From: Balanoglossus misakiensis
Taxonomy: Eukaryota > Animalia > Hemichordata
Assembly: GCA_040954595.2 (NCBI GenBank)
Contig: CM082597.2
Coordinates: forward strand, 10,199,778-10,263,777
DNA: 64,000 nt
Reading direction: 5' to 3'
Shown here in pieces: positions 38,967 to 51,778 of the stretch. Position 1 is the stretch's first letter; each line of letters starts with the position of its first letter. Below the pieces are notes generated by a model that was given only the letters and a program-made list of their open reading frames with translations, made no database searches and was not told the origin of the DNA. The translations under genes and the position numbers were made by a program.

Positions 38967-40775
38967 GTAAAAAGGCAGACTTGTACGATAGAAACAACCC
39001 AGATTGGGTTCCAACAGTTAATGTAGGGAAGAATACAGATAAGGCAGCTGAGGCTTTAGGCAGATACGATAGATTACAGACAAGAAAGAGGAAATTGGAG
39101 CAGAAAGAATATGAGCTAGAGGAAGCACAGAAACCCCCCAAACCCCAAAGTGACCAGAACAAATGTAGCCGTGAAACGCAAACTGATCTCACTGGGTATA
39201 TGTTGGACTGTATGACCAGTGAGCTGCAGGATTTGAGATCAGACAATCTTATATTGAAACAGAAACTGTCAGAACATGAAAGTCGATTTTCGGAGGCATA
39301 TTTTGAAGGCGACGATGAGAAAGCGAAGTTTTTGACTGGGATATCTTCTTTTACTGTTTTAATTACATTATACAATTATATTGCACACTACTTGCCCCCT
39401 CGCACATCTCTCGACAAATTTCGAATGTTCATTATGACACTAATGAGGTTACGCTTTAATTTACCAATTCAGTTCTTGTCTTATGAGTTTTCCGTTTCGT
39501 TATCTTCAGTTTCTAGAATTGTTAATATTGTAATTGATGTCATGTATGTAAGAATGAAACCGTTTGTCTTTTGGCCAGATCGATTTACAGTAGTTTGCAG
39601 AAAACAATGCCCATGAAGTTTCGTAAATATTTTGGTAAAAAATGCATTGTGATAATCGATTGTTTTGAAATATTCATAGAAAGGTCATCAAATTTAAAAG
39701 CTCGGGCAGAAACATGGTCTTCTTATAAACACCACAACACAATTAAAGGGTCTATGACATGCTTTAAAAAGTTTTCATTTTTCCCCGTCAAAAGCTCACC
39801 TAGGGTACCTGTCTATGCATTGCTTATTGTGTCGGTTCCGAAAAATGTGCGCGAATGCCGGAATTTGCCCCCTTTTTTCATGCCTGTGATCAGGGAGCCA
39901 CTTCGCACTCGAGCCAGGCGAAGGTATTTGCATATGGACAAACAAGTACACTAGGTTCTAGTGTACCATTCTGTTTACAGTAAAGTGTAATTAGCGGGCC
40001 ATGAGTAATTAAGTCCACAGACAAAGACAAGCTATATAAACAGTGTTCAAAGCAAAGGAAGCCCTTGCCTCACATTACAGGCAAAGGAATTACAAAGGTG
40101 TGAAAGACTATTTGTCCACATCAAGATAAGTCTTCGGCTTAACTTCGAAAAGCCGAAAAAAATCGACTGAGTTCGGTTAGGAGTACACGCCCACTCGCCA
40201 CTTTTACTTGCCTGTTATCTAAGCACAGAGGGTGATACGCAATGCCAGATTGTAACATACGTTAACTTCAAGACCCAAAGAGTGATTTTACGTGTGGTTG
40301 TATAGGGCATGTCATAGAGACTTTAAGTTTCTCATTGGAATCACTCCTCAAGGTACTGTCTCATTTATATCCAGGGCTTGGGGTGGGCGGGCTAGTGACA
40401 AACATATTACTGAAAACAGTGGGATTCTAGATAATTTATTACCAGGGGATTTAATACTTGCTGACAGAGCAAGGGTTTAATATTGAGGAGAGTGTGGGTT
40501 GCTTGTGTGCTCAAATGAAAATTCCTAGTTTTACAAAAGGTAAAAGTCAATTGTCTGCTGTAGATGTAGAAACAACAAGAAGAATTGCCAATGTTAGAAT
40601 ACATGTTGAAAGGGTTATTGGGATGGCAAGACAAAAGTATAATATTTTGGGTGGGACACTTCCTATTAATTTGTTTCTTTCCAAAGATGATGAGGGCAAC
40701 ACAATGATCGACAAAATTGTTCATGTCTGCTGTTCACTGATAAACCTGTGCGAATCTGTTGTTGATTTTAATTGA
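38967..40775 (+). pseudogene. Transposase exon 2, copy 3
   Basis: Same lesions as copy 2 except the premature TAA. Confidence 0.85.
39747..40322. mobile_element. Second copy of the 576-bp TTAA MITE (duplicated with the host unit)
   Basis: Same insertion site, TIRs and TSD as 35077-35652. Confidence 0.85.
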
Positions 40776-43640
40776 TTGATCACATTCCTGCCAGTGCCTG
40801 GTTGTGGTTGCATGTATTTATAGAAAAATGTATACTAGGTATGTGCAGAAAAATTAAACTGAGCTGTAATATTAATGTATATACACATAAGAGTCATCAG
40901 AAACCAATGATAAGGTAATCTAATAAATAATTTCTTCACAAACAATAAGCATAGTGACATTTGTAAATCATTGCTGACTAAAGCATATTCTAAAAAATAA
41001 CAAAGTCAGTCTGTAGTTGAATTAAATGAACAGGTGTCCATTTCATTGTAATTGCTTGTTTGAAGATAAATTCATTCACAGAATATTCTCTCTGATGTCA
41101 ATAAATACAGATTTTAGAAATATTGATCAATAAATAAGTTAAGTATTATAAATAGTGTAGTGACAATTTTATATATCATTATATGATTAATAAATTATTG
41201 ACAAATGATTAATTGAAATTGTTAATCTATATTCCCCTTTTTATGCACACAGTATTTCATACTTTTGATTGGCTAAGACTGAATCATATGGTATAGGGAA
41301 AAAAACAAATTACATGGTTGACAGAGTCTACATATTGCTCATTGTGAGGGAATATATAGACAGTAAACACACACTAATTGCAACAGCACAATATCAGTTT
41401 TCCAAAATTCTATGAGTACGAAGTACTAGTACAGTTCTCATGAGACAATGTTATGACCCTGGACAAGACACTACATGGCCATAATAAAATAACACATGAT
41501 GCACGATTTGTAGCCTGCCCCATGCAGAACGAAGTTATTTTCACTCATGATGTGGAGTATTCTGTTGTACTTTCATTTGCTGTGCACATGAAAGTACTGC
41601 TACAGAATACACCACATTACAAAAATAAACAAATCTGCAGTGACAAGATTCTATGTTGGTTTGCGTGTTGATGTCCTTGTGAAAAATTTACCCACAAATT
41701 CTGGCAAGATGGCACTAACAAAGAAGTACTTTGTACGTTCACAAATCATTCCAGGTCTTAATTGTCAAGATTAGTTAAAAATATAACCCAAAATTTAAGC
41801 CTCCAGGGGAAATTTGGGCTCACAGAGGTTATTACTGAACATTTTGTAGAATTTCTCAAAATAAAAATCATCATCTGACGGAATGTTTACATATCACAGA
41901 AATACCCTGAAATATACACTGAGTACACAATGTGCATTTCATTATGGTAATTATGTATGTTACTACTTTCAAAACATTACATCATGTTTATTCTTTTTTC
42001 CCCACAGAACTGATGGTTTTGTAAACAACTGAGATAATGCTCGAGAAATAAACAGCTATTAAAACGATTCAAACCCTGAACCATGGTGTCGACCCACCTA
42101 CTATTATTACACACCGATTGAAAATTTTCAACGAAGGTCTAACCACTTACAAGTTACATTAACAGCGAAGCGGTCATCTCATTTGTAACCGTTATTGAAG
42201 TTTATATATTTGTTTCACAATGTTATTATTAAACAGGGGTAATTTTATCACTGAAAAAACAGTTTTGTTATACGGTTATTTTGATCCGGAAAACAGAGAT
42301 TTGAGCACACGACGGATTTCTACTGCGTTCACTCCAACACCGCAGGAGTGTGTTGTTGTCGAAGACGCGGACAAAACAGAAAATTATCGGAGCCAGGCCC
42401 CTTCGAACCCTATATTTCACGCTGTCGGAAGGTTGGACGGCTACGGCTATCTCAGCTCTGCTCGGCACGCTGTTGTTGGGTGCCCTAAACATATGCCCTA
42501 CCCCTAGCGCTCGGCATGTAAACAATCACAACATGACTGTAAACATCATGCAAAAATACAATCTTACTGTCATTTTCCTGTGGATTCAGTCTCCTCCTTG
42601 CACTTGTGTGGAGTTTAGGCAACCTATATTGAAACCACGGGCGCTTCTTGACCGGATTCGGTGAAAGTTTGAGGCAATTTCTGGCTGTACGCGTGACAGG
42701 CTCACAGTATCAACAAACAGTACACGTGTGGTGACAGGTCAAAGGTCAACATTAGGGATTCCCCGACCTTTATCGCATCTAGTGCGCCCCTAGTGGTAGG
42801 ACATAACGATTCTCTTTTTCTCTCGCAGTTATATAGATTGCCTGCCGTGATATCAAATCAAGGACCAGAATGTGAAAAGAGAGACGGCGCGAATGGTTAG
42901 CCAGGATCGGCCAAAACTTTGATCATAAGAACCTAGACAACGTCCGGGTTTGTTCGAGTCATTTTTTTAGTGGTAAGTTTTACTGGAATCTTTTGAAACC
43001 TTGTTATATCACACACCGAATAAATGTTTCACAACTTGGCATCAACAATATTTACGGATTTGCATTTGGCCGCGACAAAAACACGCGAATCTGCAGATAA
43101 CACAACTGAACTTACACTGGCAGCGAGCTGTCGTCGTCGGCCGGCGGCGGTATCGATAAACCGTACCGGTGATGCTTAGAGTCAGATATACTTGTTGGTC
43201 ACGGACATGCATTTCTGTCGACTGAAAAAAACTTTACTTTATGAATTTTTACGGCTGTTTGAGGAGTCGCACTCATTTGGTAAAGGTCTCACAGCACTCT
43301 TTCTATAAAAAATTCTGTAAGTGTTTTGTTTACATTCGCGGGGTCAAACCAGGTCAGTTTCAATGCTGGGTTCGACAACGCGTAGGAACAATGCAAATTT
43401 ACGCTGAAAATGATTACACTAAATTTAGGCCCCTGCCTGGAAGTGTGATACCTCGTTTTGTATTTTTTTTTTTAAAAATGTGTTGCCATACCCATTATCC
43501 AGAAATATCAGGAAATGGAATCAAATGCGCCCCTAGCATTAGCGGGTCAAAGGTCATGCCATGTGAAAGGAGAACAAGTGTTCAAGATTTCTCTCTCTCT
43601 CTCTCCCCATATCCATCTCTCTCAACCCCCTGTCCCTTAG

Positions 43641-44869
43641 GTAAAAAGGCAGACTTGTACGATAGAAACAACCCAGATTGGGTTCCAACAGTTAATGTAG
43701 GGAAGAATACAGATAAGGCAGCTGAGGCTTTAGGCAGATACGATAGATTACAGACAAGAAAGAGGAAATTGGAGCAGAAAGAATATGAGCTAGAGGAAGC
43801 ACAGAAACCCCCCAAACCCCAAAGTGACCCGAACAAATGTAGCCGTGAAACGCAAACTGATCTCACTGGGTATATGTTGGACTGTATGACCAGTGAGCTG
43901 CAGGATTTGAGATCAGACAATCTTATATTGAAACAGAAACTGTCAGAACATGAAAGTCGATTTTCGGAGGCATATTTTGAAGGCGACGATGAGAAAGCGA
44001 AGTTTTTGACTGGGATATCTTCTTTTACTGTTTTAATTACATTATACAATTATATTGCACACTACTTGCCCCCTCGCACATCTCTCGACAAATTTCGAAT
44101 GTTCATTATGACACTAATGAGGTTACGCTTTAATTTACCAATTCAGTTCTTGTCTTATGAGTTTTCCGTTTCGTTATCTTCAGTTTCTAGAATTGTTAAT
44201 ATTGTAATTGATGTCATGTATGTAAGAATGAAACCGTTTGTCTTTTGGCCAGATCGATTTACAGTAGTTTGCAGAAAACAATGCCCATGAAGTTTCGTAA
44301 ATATTTTGGTAAAAAATGCATTGTGATAATCGATTGTTTTGAAATATTCATAGAAAGGTCATCAAATTTAAAAGCTCGGGCAGAAACATGGTCTTCTTAT
44401 AAACACCACAACACAATTAAGTTTCTCATTGGAATCACTCCTCAAGGTACTGTCTCATTTATATCTTGGGCTTGGGGTGGGCGGGCTAGTGACAAACATA
44501 TTACTGAAAACAGTGGGATTCTAGATAATTTATTACCAGGGGATTTAATACTTGCTGACAGAGCAAGGGTTTAATATTGAGGAGAGTGTGGGTTGCTTGT
44601 GTGCTCAAATGAAAATTCCTAGTTTTACAAAAGGTAAAAGTCAATTGTCTGCTGTAGATGTAGAAACAACAAGAAGAATTGCCAATGTTAGAATACATGT
44701 TGAAAGGGTTATTGGGATGGCAAGACAAAAGTATAATATTTTGGGTGGGACACTTCCTATTAATTTGTTTCTTTCCAAAGATGATGAGGGCAACACAATG
44801 ATCGACAAAATTGTTCATGTCTGCTGTTCACTGATAAACCTGTGCGAATCTGTTGTTGATTTTAATTGA
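43641..44869 (+). pseudogene. Transposase exon 2, copy 4
   Basis: TACAGTA and ADR frameshifts; the TTAA site is empty (no MITE). Confidence 0.85.
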
Positions 44870-45532
44870 TTGATCACATTCCTGCCTGGTTGTGGTTGCA
44901 TGTATTTATAGAAAAATGTATACTAGGTATGTGCAGAAAAATTAAACTGAGCTGTAATATTAATGTATATACACATAAGAGTCATCAGAAACCAATGATA
45001 AGGTAACACTGGAAGCGAGCTGTCGTCGTCGGCCGGCGGCGGTATCGATAAACCGTACCGGTGATGCTTTGAGTCAGATATACTTGTTGGTCACGGACAT
45101 GCATTTCTGTCGACTGAAAAAAACTTTACTTTATGAATTTTTACGGCTGTTTGAGGAGTCGCACTCATTTGGTAAAGGGCTCACAGCACTCTTTCTATAA
45201 AAAATTCTGTAAGTGTTTTGTTTACATTCGCGGGGTCAAACCAGGTCAGTTTCAATGCTGGGTTCGACAACGAGTAGGAACAATGCAAATTTACGCTGAA
45301 AATGATTACACTAAATTTAGGCCCCTGCCTGGAAGTGTGATACCTCGTTTTGTATTGTTTTTAAAAAAAATGTGTTGCCATACCCATTATCCAGAAATAT
45401 CAGGAAATGGAATCAAATGCGCCCCTAGCATTAGCGGGTCAAAGGTCATGCCATGTGAAAGGAGAACAAGTGTTCAAGATTTCTCTCTCTCTCTCTCCCC
45501 ATATCCATCTCTCTCAACCCCCTGTCCCTTAG

Positions 45533-46686
45533 GTAAAAAGGCAGACTTGTACGATAGAAACAACCCAGATTGGGTTCCAACAGTTAATGTAGGGAAGAAT
45601 ACAGATAAGGCAGCTGAGGCTTTAGGCAGATACGATAGATTACAGACAAGAAAGAGGAAATTGGAGCAGAAAGAATATGAGCTAGAGGAAGCACAGAAAC
45701 CCCCCAAACCCCAAAGTGACCCGAACAAATGTAGCCGTGAAACGCAAACTGATCTCACTGGGTATATGTTGGACTGTATGACCAGTGAGCTGCGGGATTT
45801 GAGATCAGACAATCTTATATTGAAACAGAAACTGTCAGAACATGAAAGTCGATTTTCGGAGGCATATTTTGAAGGCGACGATGAGAAAGCGAAGTTTTTG
45901 ACTGGGATATCTTCTTTTACTGTTTTAATTACATTATACAATTATATTGCACACTACTTGCCCCCTCGCACATCTCTCGACAAATTTCGAATGTTCATTA
46001 TGACACTAATGAGGTTACGCTTTAATTTACCAATTCAGTTCTTGTCTTATGAGTTTTCCGTTTCGTTATCTTCAGTTTCTAGAATTGTTAATAATGTAAT
46101 TGATGTCATGTATGTAAGAATGAAACTGTTCGTCTTTTGGCCAGATCGATTTAGTTTGCAGAAAACAATGCCCATGAAGTTTCGTAAATATTTTGGTAAA
46201 AAATGCATTGTGATAATCAATTGTTTTGAAATATTCATAGAAAGGTCATCAAATTTAACAGCTCGGGCAGAAACATGGTCTTCTTATAAACACCACAACA
46301 CAATTAAGTTTCTCATTGGAATCACTCCTCAAGGTACTGTCTCATTTATATCCAGGGCTTGGGGTGGGCGGGCTAGTGACAAACATATTACTGAAAACAG
46401 TGGGATTCTAGATAATTTATTACCAGGGGATTTAATACTTGCTGACAGAGGGTTTAATATTGAGGAGAGTGTGGGTTGCTTGTGTGTTCAAATGAAAATT
46501 CCTAGTTTTACAAAAGGTAAAAGTCAATTGTCTGCTGTAGATGTAGAAACAACAAGAAGAATTGCCAATGTTAGAATACATGTTGAAAGGGTTATTGGGA
46601 TGGAAGAAGTTGTTTATGTCATAAACCTGGTTTTGGCTATATACCCAGGTACATCCAAACAACAGGGGGTCAGTCACATGTTGTGA
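45533..46686 (+). pseudogene. Transposase exon 2, copy 5: open frame but first catalytic Asp>Asn, no THAP exon, 3' deletion after RVIGM
   Basis: IINCFE here versus IIDCFE in the other copies. ADRGF is intact, and the sequence diverges from other copies after 46603. Confidence 0.85.
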
Positions 46687-46983
46687 TTTTGACTTTTTTG
46701 TAGAGTATAATCTGAACAAAATAAATTATAAAATTCTTTAGTACATTTTGAAGCATAGTGTGTATTGGGGAGTTTCTCCTGAAAACAACTGTTCTCGGTG
46801 TTTGAGCCTAAAGCTGTCTTTTGTGACTGATCGGAACGATGTACAACAGCGGATACATAAAACTTGAAACTCCCGTAGTTTTTTGGGATGACCTAAGCAA
46901 GTCTACATGTGTACTGGAGTTGTGGGGTGAAATACATCAAGGTGTACGAACAAATATTCAGAGAAGTTCAAGTAGTATCTTAC

Positions 46984-47304
46984 CTTTGCTGTCACAACAC
47001 AGTGTCCATTGCGGAAGTTTGTTGACAACCCTCTAACCCATCCACAAACAAAATTGTACGCTTTTTGTAGGCTTTTATAGCATTTTAAGTCTTCCAGAGT
47101 GTATGGACTAGGGTTGAATACCAAATAATTTACAATGTCCGGATTTGTTACCGATGGTAACAAGGCAACGTCTGACGACCTATCTTTGGCGTCCAAAGTG
47201 TAAGGGTCCAAGTGTCCAATCGACGATATTTTTTCATCATATCGTAATTTTTCTGCGCCGGATAGAGATTGACGATGAGTACAGCATGATTTCTTCCTGT
47301 ACAT
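46984..47304 (-). pseudogene. First exon of ISL2EU ORF2 (N-terminus of the accessory YqaJ-exonuclease-type protein); the rest is deleted
   Basis: RYDEKI...DPY...LPSVTNPDIVNYLVFNPSPYTLEDLKCYKSLQKAYNFVCGWV...VVTAK|gtaaga. It is convergent with the transposase, as in ISL2EU elements. The exonuclease domain itself is not seen. Confidence 0.7.
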
Positions 47305-47414
47305 TATAGTCCTGTAACAAAAAATGACTTTCTAAAGGGGAGGAACAATACATCTCCAAGTCACTCGCTCGGGCGGCGTTGCAGCGCAGACGACACACAA
47401 GAAATGAGTGCCTC

Positions 47415-47459
47415 CAACATGGCCGACTTCCGGTTTGATGACGTCACGCGAAAAACATC
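47415..47459 (-). mobile_element. Probable right terminus of the ISL2EU element
   Basis: The minus strand reads AT|GATGTTTTTCGCGTGACGTCATCAAACCGGAAGTCGGCCATGTTGG, just upstream of ORF2 and flanked by AT (the ISL2EU TSD). The partner TIR is absent, so this is unconfirmed. Confidence 0.55.
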
Positions 47460-48208
47460 ATTGTCTACGCATGCGTGAGGAAAAAACTGGACAATTTGAA
47501 TGTGGAGCAAATATTACCCCAAAAATTGGCAGCGAGGACCCACTTCCATGGATTATTTATTCAAGGAATAACTGCCAGTGGAATACCGAAGAATTCGTGA
47601 AGGACGTCTTTTTGCAGGACGTCGCCAGAGGCAAGATTTAACGCGATTTGTGTGCGCGTGGAGTCTACCTGGTACAAGATAGTGTGTATGAAGACGACAA
47701 GGTAAGAAACTTAGTTAATTTTTGCAGCCGTCCCAACCTCCTCATCTGAAAAAAGCATTATTTTATTATTTAAAAGTTCAGACTAGGTGTTTAAACTTCT
47801 TTCATCTTAAAATTTGACCTATGCCTAGTCTGCTAGACGTTACATGCACCTAACGCCCATATGATTAAGATTTTGGGCAACGCCGTGGGAGAGATAGATA
47901 TAGCTATAGGTGGTTGGGTGGAACTCGGCTGAAGTGGGCAGACAAAACCCAGCAGACAAAACTCTGGCGGGGATCGCAGCAGACAAAACTCGAAATACAC
48001 TTTTAAACTTCAATTTCGAACACAGGACAGACACATTACCCCTATTAGACTGTTGACGATTAAAATATCCGGTATTTTCCTGAATATGATAAATAACCGC
48101 GACGGTACATCATTTCCGACAGCAAAACATGACTTCCTTGATAAACACTGTGTAAAGTGTGAGGGCGCTCACATCGATATACACGTACCAGCATGAAGGT
48201 AATAACTA

Positions 48209-51200
48209 CAGCCTAATTTCCAAATGTCTTCTACCATGGAGATGTATTGTTCCTCCCCTTTAGAAAGTCATTTTTAGTTACCATTTCAAAATGAGTGTGC
48301 ATCAATTTCACATACCATGTCTATTAAATGCACATATATACATGCTATCACAATATACATATACCATTCAAAAATTAACTTCTTTGCATAAATTATGGCT
48401 ATTTTAATGAGCACCTTAAACAGCCTAATTTCCAAACCTTTTTGCCTATGAAATGTTTGTCTGCTGGCATTTCAAATTGAGTGTGCATCCAACTCACATG
48501 CCAGGTTTGATACACACATATCCACTCCATAAGACTGTACAGGTCTCATCAAATAATTAACTTCTTTGCATAAATTATGCTCATTTTAATAATCACCTGC
48601 ATAGCATAATATACCACTGTCTGCTGGTGCTTCTAGTTGAGTGTGCATCCAACTCACATACCAGCTTTGATACACACATATCCACTCTATAAGACTGTAC
48701 AAGTCTCATCAAATAAGTAACTTCTTTGCATAAATTATGCTCATTTTAATAATCACCTGCATAGACATATATTGCAGTTTACCACATAATATACCAGTCT
48801 GCTGGTGCTTCTAGTTGAGTGTGCATCCAACTCACATACCAGCTTTGATACACACATATCCACTCTATAAGTCTGTACAAGTCGCATCAAATAATTAACT
48901 TCTTTGCATAAATTATGCTCATTTTAATAATCACCTGCATAGACATATATAGCAGTTTAACACATATTATATTATACCAGTATATTGATGGTGTAAATCA
49001 CGCTATTTGATTGGTCGAGACACGACACGTGACCGTGATATATTAGCCATATACCACAGTCATATATCATAGTCAAAGAAAATGCCTTTTTAAAATGTTT
49101 TATGCAAAGTTTCAATATACTGGCATAATATAATAGCAATAAAACACCCCCAGCCATGGTATACCACTCGATTTTGACCAGTTCAACTCCATATACGCAC
49201 TCGCTATCGCTCGTGCGTATATGTCGTGAACTGGTCAAAATCTCGTGGTATACCATGGCTGGGGGTGTTTTATTGCTTAAATATACCACTGTCTGCTGGT
49301 GCTTCTAGTTGAGTGTGCATCAATTTCACATACCATGTCTAATGTACATATATACATGCTATCACAATATACATATACCATTCAAAAATTAACTTCTTTG
49401 CATAAATTATGGCTATTTTAATGAGCACCTTAAACAGCCTAATTTCCAAACCTTTCTGCCTATGAAATGTTTGTCTGCTGCCATTTCAAATTGAGTGTGC
49501 ATCCAACTCACATACCAGCTTTGATACACACATATCCACTCTATAAGACTGTACAGGTCTCATCAAATAATTAACTTCTTTGCATAAATTATGCTCATTT
49601 TAATAATCACCTGCATAGACATATGTAGCAGTTTACCACATAATATACCACTGTCTGCTGGTACTTCTAGTTGAGTGTGCATCCAACTCACATGCCAGCT
49701 TTGATACACACATATCCACTCTATAAGACTGTACAAGTCTCATCAAATAATTAACTTCTTTGCATAAATTATGCTCATTTTAATAATCACCTGCATAGAC
49801 ATATATTGCAGTTTACCACATAATATACCAGTCTGCTGGTGCTTCTAGTTGAGTGTGCATCCAACTCACATACCAGCTTTGATACACACATATCCACTCT
49901 ATAAGTCTGTACAAGTCGCATCAAATAATTAACTTCTTTGCATAAATTATGCTCATTTTAATAATCACCTGCATAGACATATGTAGCAGTTTACCACATA
50001 ATATACCACTGTCTGCTGGTGCTTCTAGTTGAGTGTGCATCCAACTCACATACCAGCTTTGATACACACATATCCACTCTATAAGTCTGTACAAGTCGCA
50101 TCAAATAATTAACTTCTTTGCATAAATTATGCTCATTTTAATAATCACCTGCATAGACATATGTAGCAGTTTACCACATAATATACCACTGTCTGCTGGT
50201 GCTTCTAGTTGAGTGTGCATCCAACTCACATACCAGCTTTGATACACACATATCCACTCTATAAGTCTGTACAAGTCGCATCAAATAATTAACTTCTTTG
50301 CATAAATTATGCTCATTTTAATAATCACCTGCATAGACATATGTAGCAGTTTACCACATAATATACCACTGTCTGCTGGTGCTTCTAGTTGAGTGTGCAT
50401 CCAACTCACATACCAGCTTTGATACACACATATCCACTCTATAAGTCTGTACAAGTCGCATCAAATAATTAACTTCTTTGCATAAATTATGCTCATTTTA
50501 ATAATCACCTGCATAGACATATGTAGCAGTTTACCACATAATATACCACTGTCTGCTGGTGCTTCTAGTTGAGTGTGCATCCAACTCACATACCAGCTTT
50601 GATACACACATATCCACTCTATAAGACTGTACAAGTCTCATCAAATAAGTAACTTCTTTGCATAAATTATGCTCATTTTAATAATCACCTGCATAGACAT
50701 ATATTGCAGTTTACCACATAATATACCAGTCTGCTGGTGCTTCTAGTTGAGTGTGCATCCAACTCACATACCAGCTTTGATACACACATATCCACTCTAT
50801 AAGTCTGTACAAGTCTCATCAAATAAATAACTTCTTTGCATAAATTATGCTCATTTTAATAATCACCTGCATAGACATATATAGCAGTTTAACACATAAT
50901 ATACCACTGTCTGCTGGTGCTTCTAGTTGAGTGTGCATCCAACTCACATGCCAGCTTTGATACACACATATCCACTCTATAAGACTGTACAAGTCTCATC
51001 AAATAATTAACTTCTTTGCATAAATTATGCTCATTTTAATAATCACCTGCATAGACATATATAGCAGTTTAACACATAATATACCACTGTCTGCTGGTGC
51101 TTCTAGTTGAGTGTGCATCAATTTCACATACCATGTCTAATGCACATATATACATGCTATCACAATATACATATACCATTCAAAAATTAACTTCTTTGCA

Positions 51201-51718
51201 TAAATTATGGCTATTTTAATGAGCACCTTAAACAGCCTAATTTCCAAACCTTTCTGCCTATGAAATGTTTGTCTGCTGCCATTTCAAATTGAGTGTGCAT
51301 CCAGCTCACATACCAGGTTTGATACACACATATCCACTCTATAAGACTGTACAGGTCTCCTCAAATAATTAACTTCTTTGCATAAATTATGCTCATTTTA
51401 ATAATCACCTGCATAGACATATATAGCAGTTTACCACATAATATACCACTGTCTGCTGGTGCTTCTAGTTGAGTGTGCATCCAACTCACATACCAGCTTT
51501 GATACACACATATCCACTCTATAAGACTGTACAAGTCTCATCAAATAATTAACTTCTTTGCATAAATTATGCTCATTTTAATAATCACCTGCATAGACAT
51601 ATATAGCAGTTTACCACATAATATACCACTGTCTGCTGGTGCTTCTAGTTGAGTGTGCATCCAACTCACATACCAGCTTTGATACACACATATCCACTCT
51701 ATAAGTCTGTACAAGTCA
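48209..51718. repeat. 180-bp satellite, ~17-18 monomers, two subtypes
   Basis: Exact 180-bp period at 49861, 50041, 50221, 50401 and 50581. Variant monomers (gagtgtgcatcaatttcacataccatgtc...) occur near 48293, 49311 and 51109. Confidence 0.95.
48967..49280. mobile_element. 314-bp palindrome-rich insertion in the satellite, no clear TSD
   Basis: It splits the monomer at cacata|atatacc. It has the IR tattataccagtatattga/tcaatatactggcataata and a ~140-bp hairpin (49136-49278) centred on cactcgctatcgctcgtg. Confidence 0.8.
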
Positions 51719-51778
51719 TATCGATACATATCGATTATTGGTACTCCACTTATTAGACTTTCCACTGTTTGTCAACAG

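Larger units (their letters stand above)
29321..47459 (+). mobile_element. Tandem array of five decayed ISL2EU-type (PIF/Harbinger-related) transposon copies, starting at ~29321, 33481, 38151, 42825 and 45007
   Basis: Periods are 4027, 4670 and 4674 bp, then a truncated copy. Each encodes a DDE transposase with IID(C)[25 protein letters not shown] and RIHVERVIG motifs. A convergent ORF2 exon and a terminus lie at the right end. Confidence 0.88.

Noticed and set aside
30211-46238. Antisense ORFs over the transposase (e.g. 153-155 aa)
   Set aside because: They are shadow frames of the transposase coding strand with no independent motifs.
45133-46686. 517-aa ORF as an active or domesticated transposase
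   Set aside because: It lacks the THAP exon, has Asn at the first catalytic Asp, and its C-terminus is replaced by deletion-junction sequence.
48209-51718. CRISPR-like array
   Set aside because: The monomers are contiguous with no unique spacers, there are no cas genes, and the context is eukaryotic with introns.
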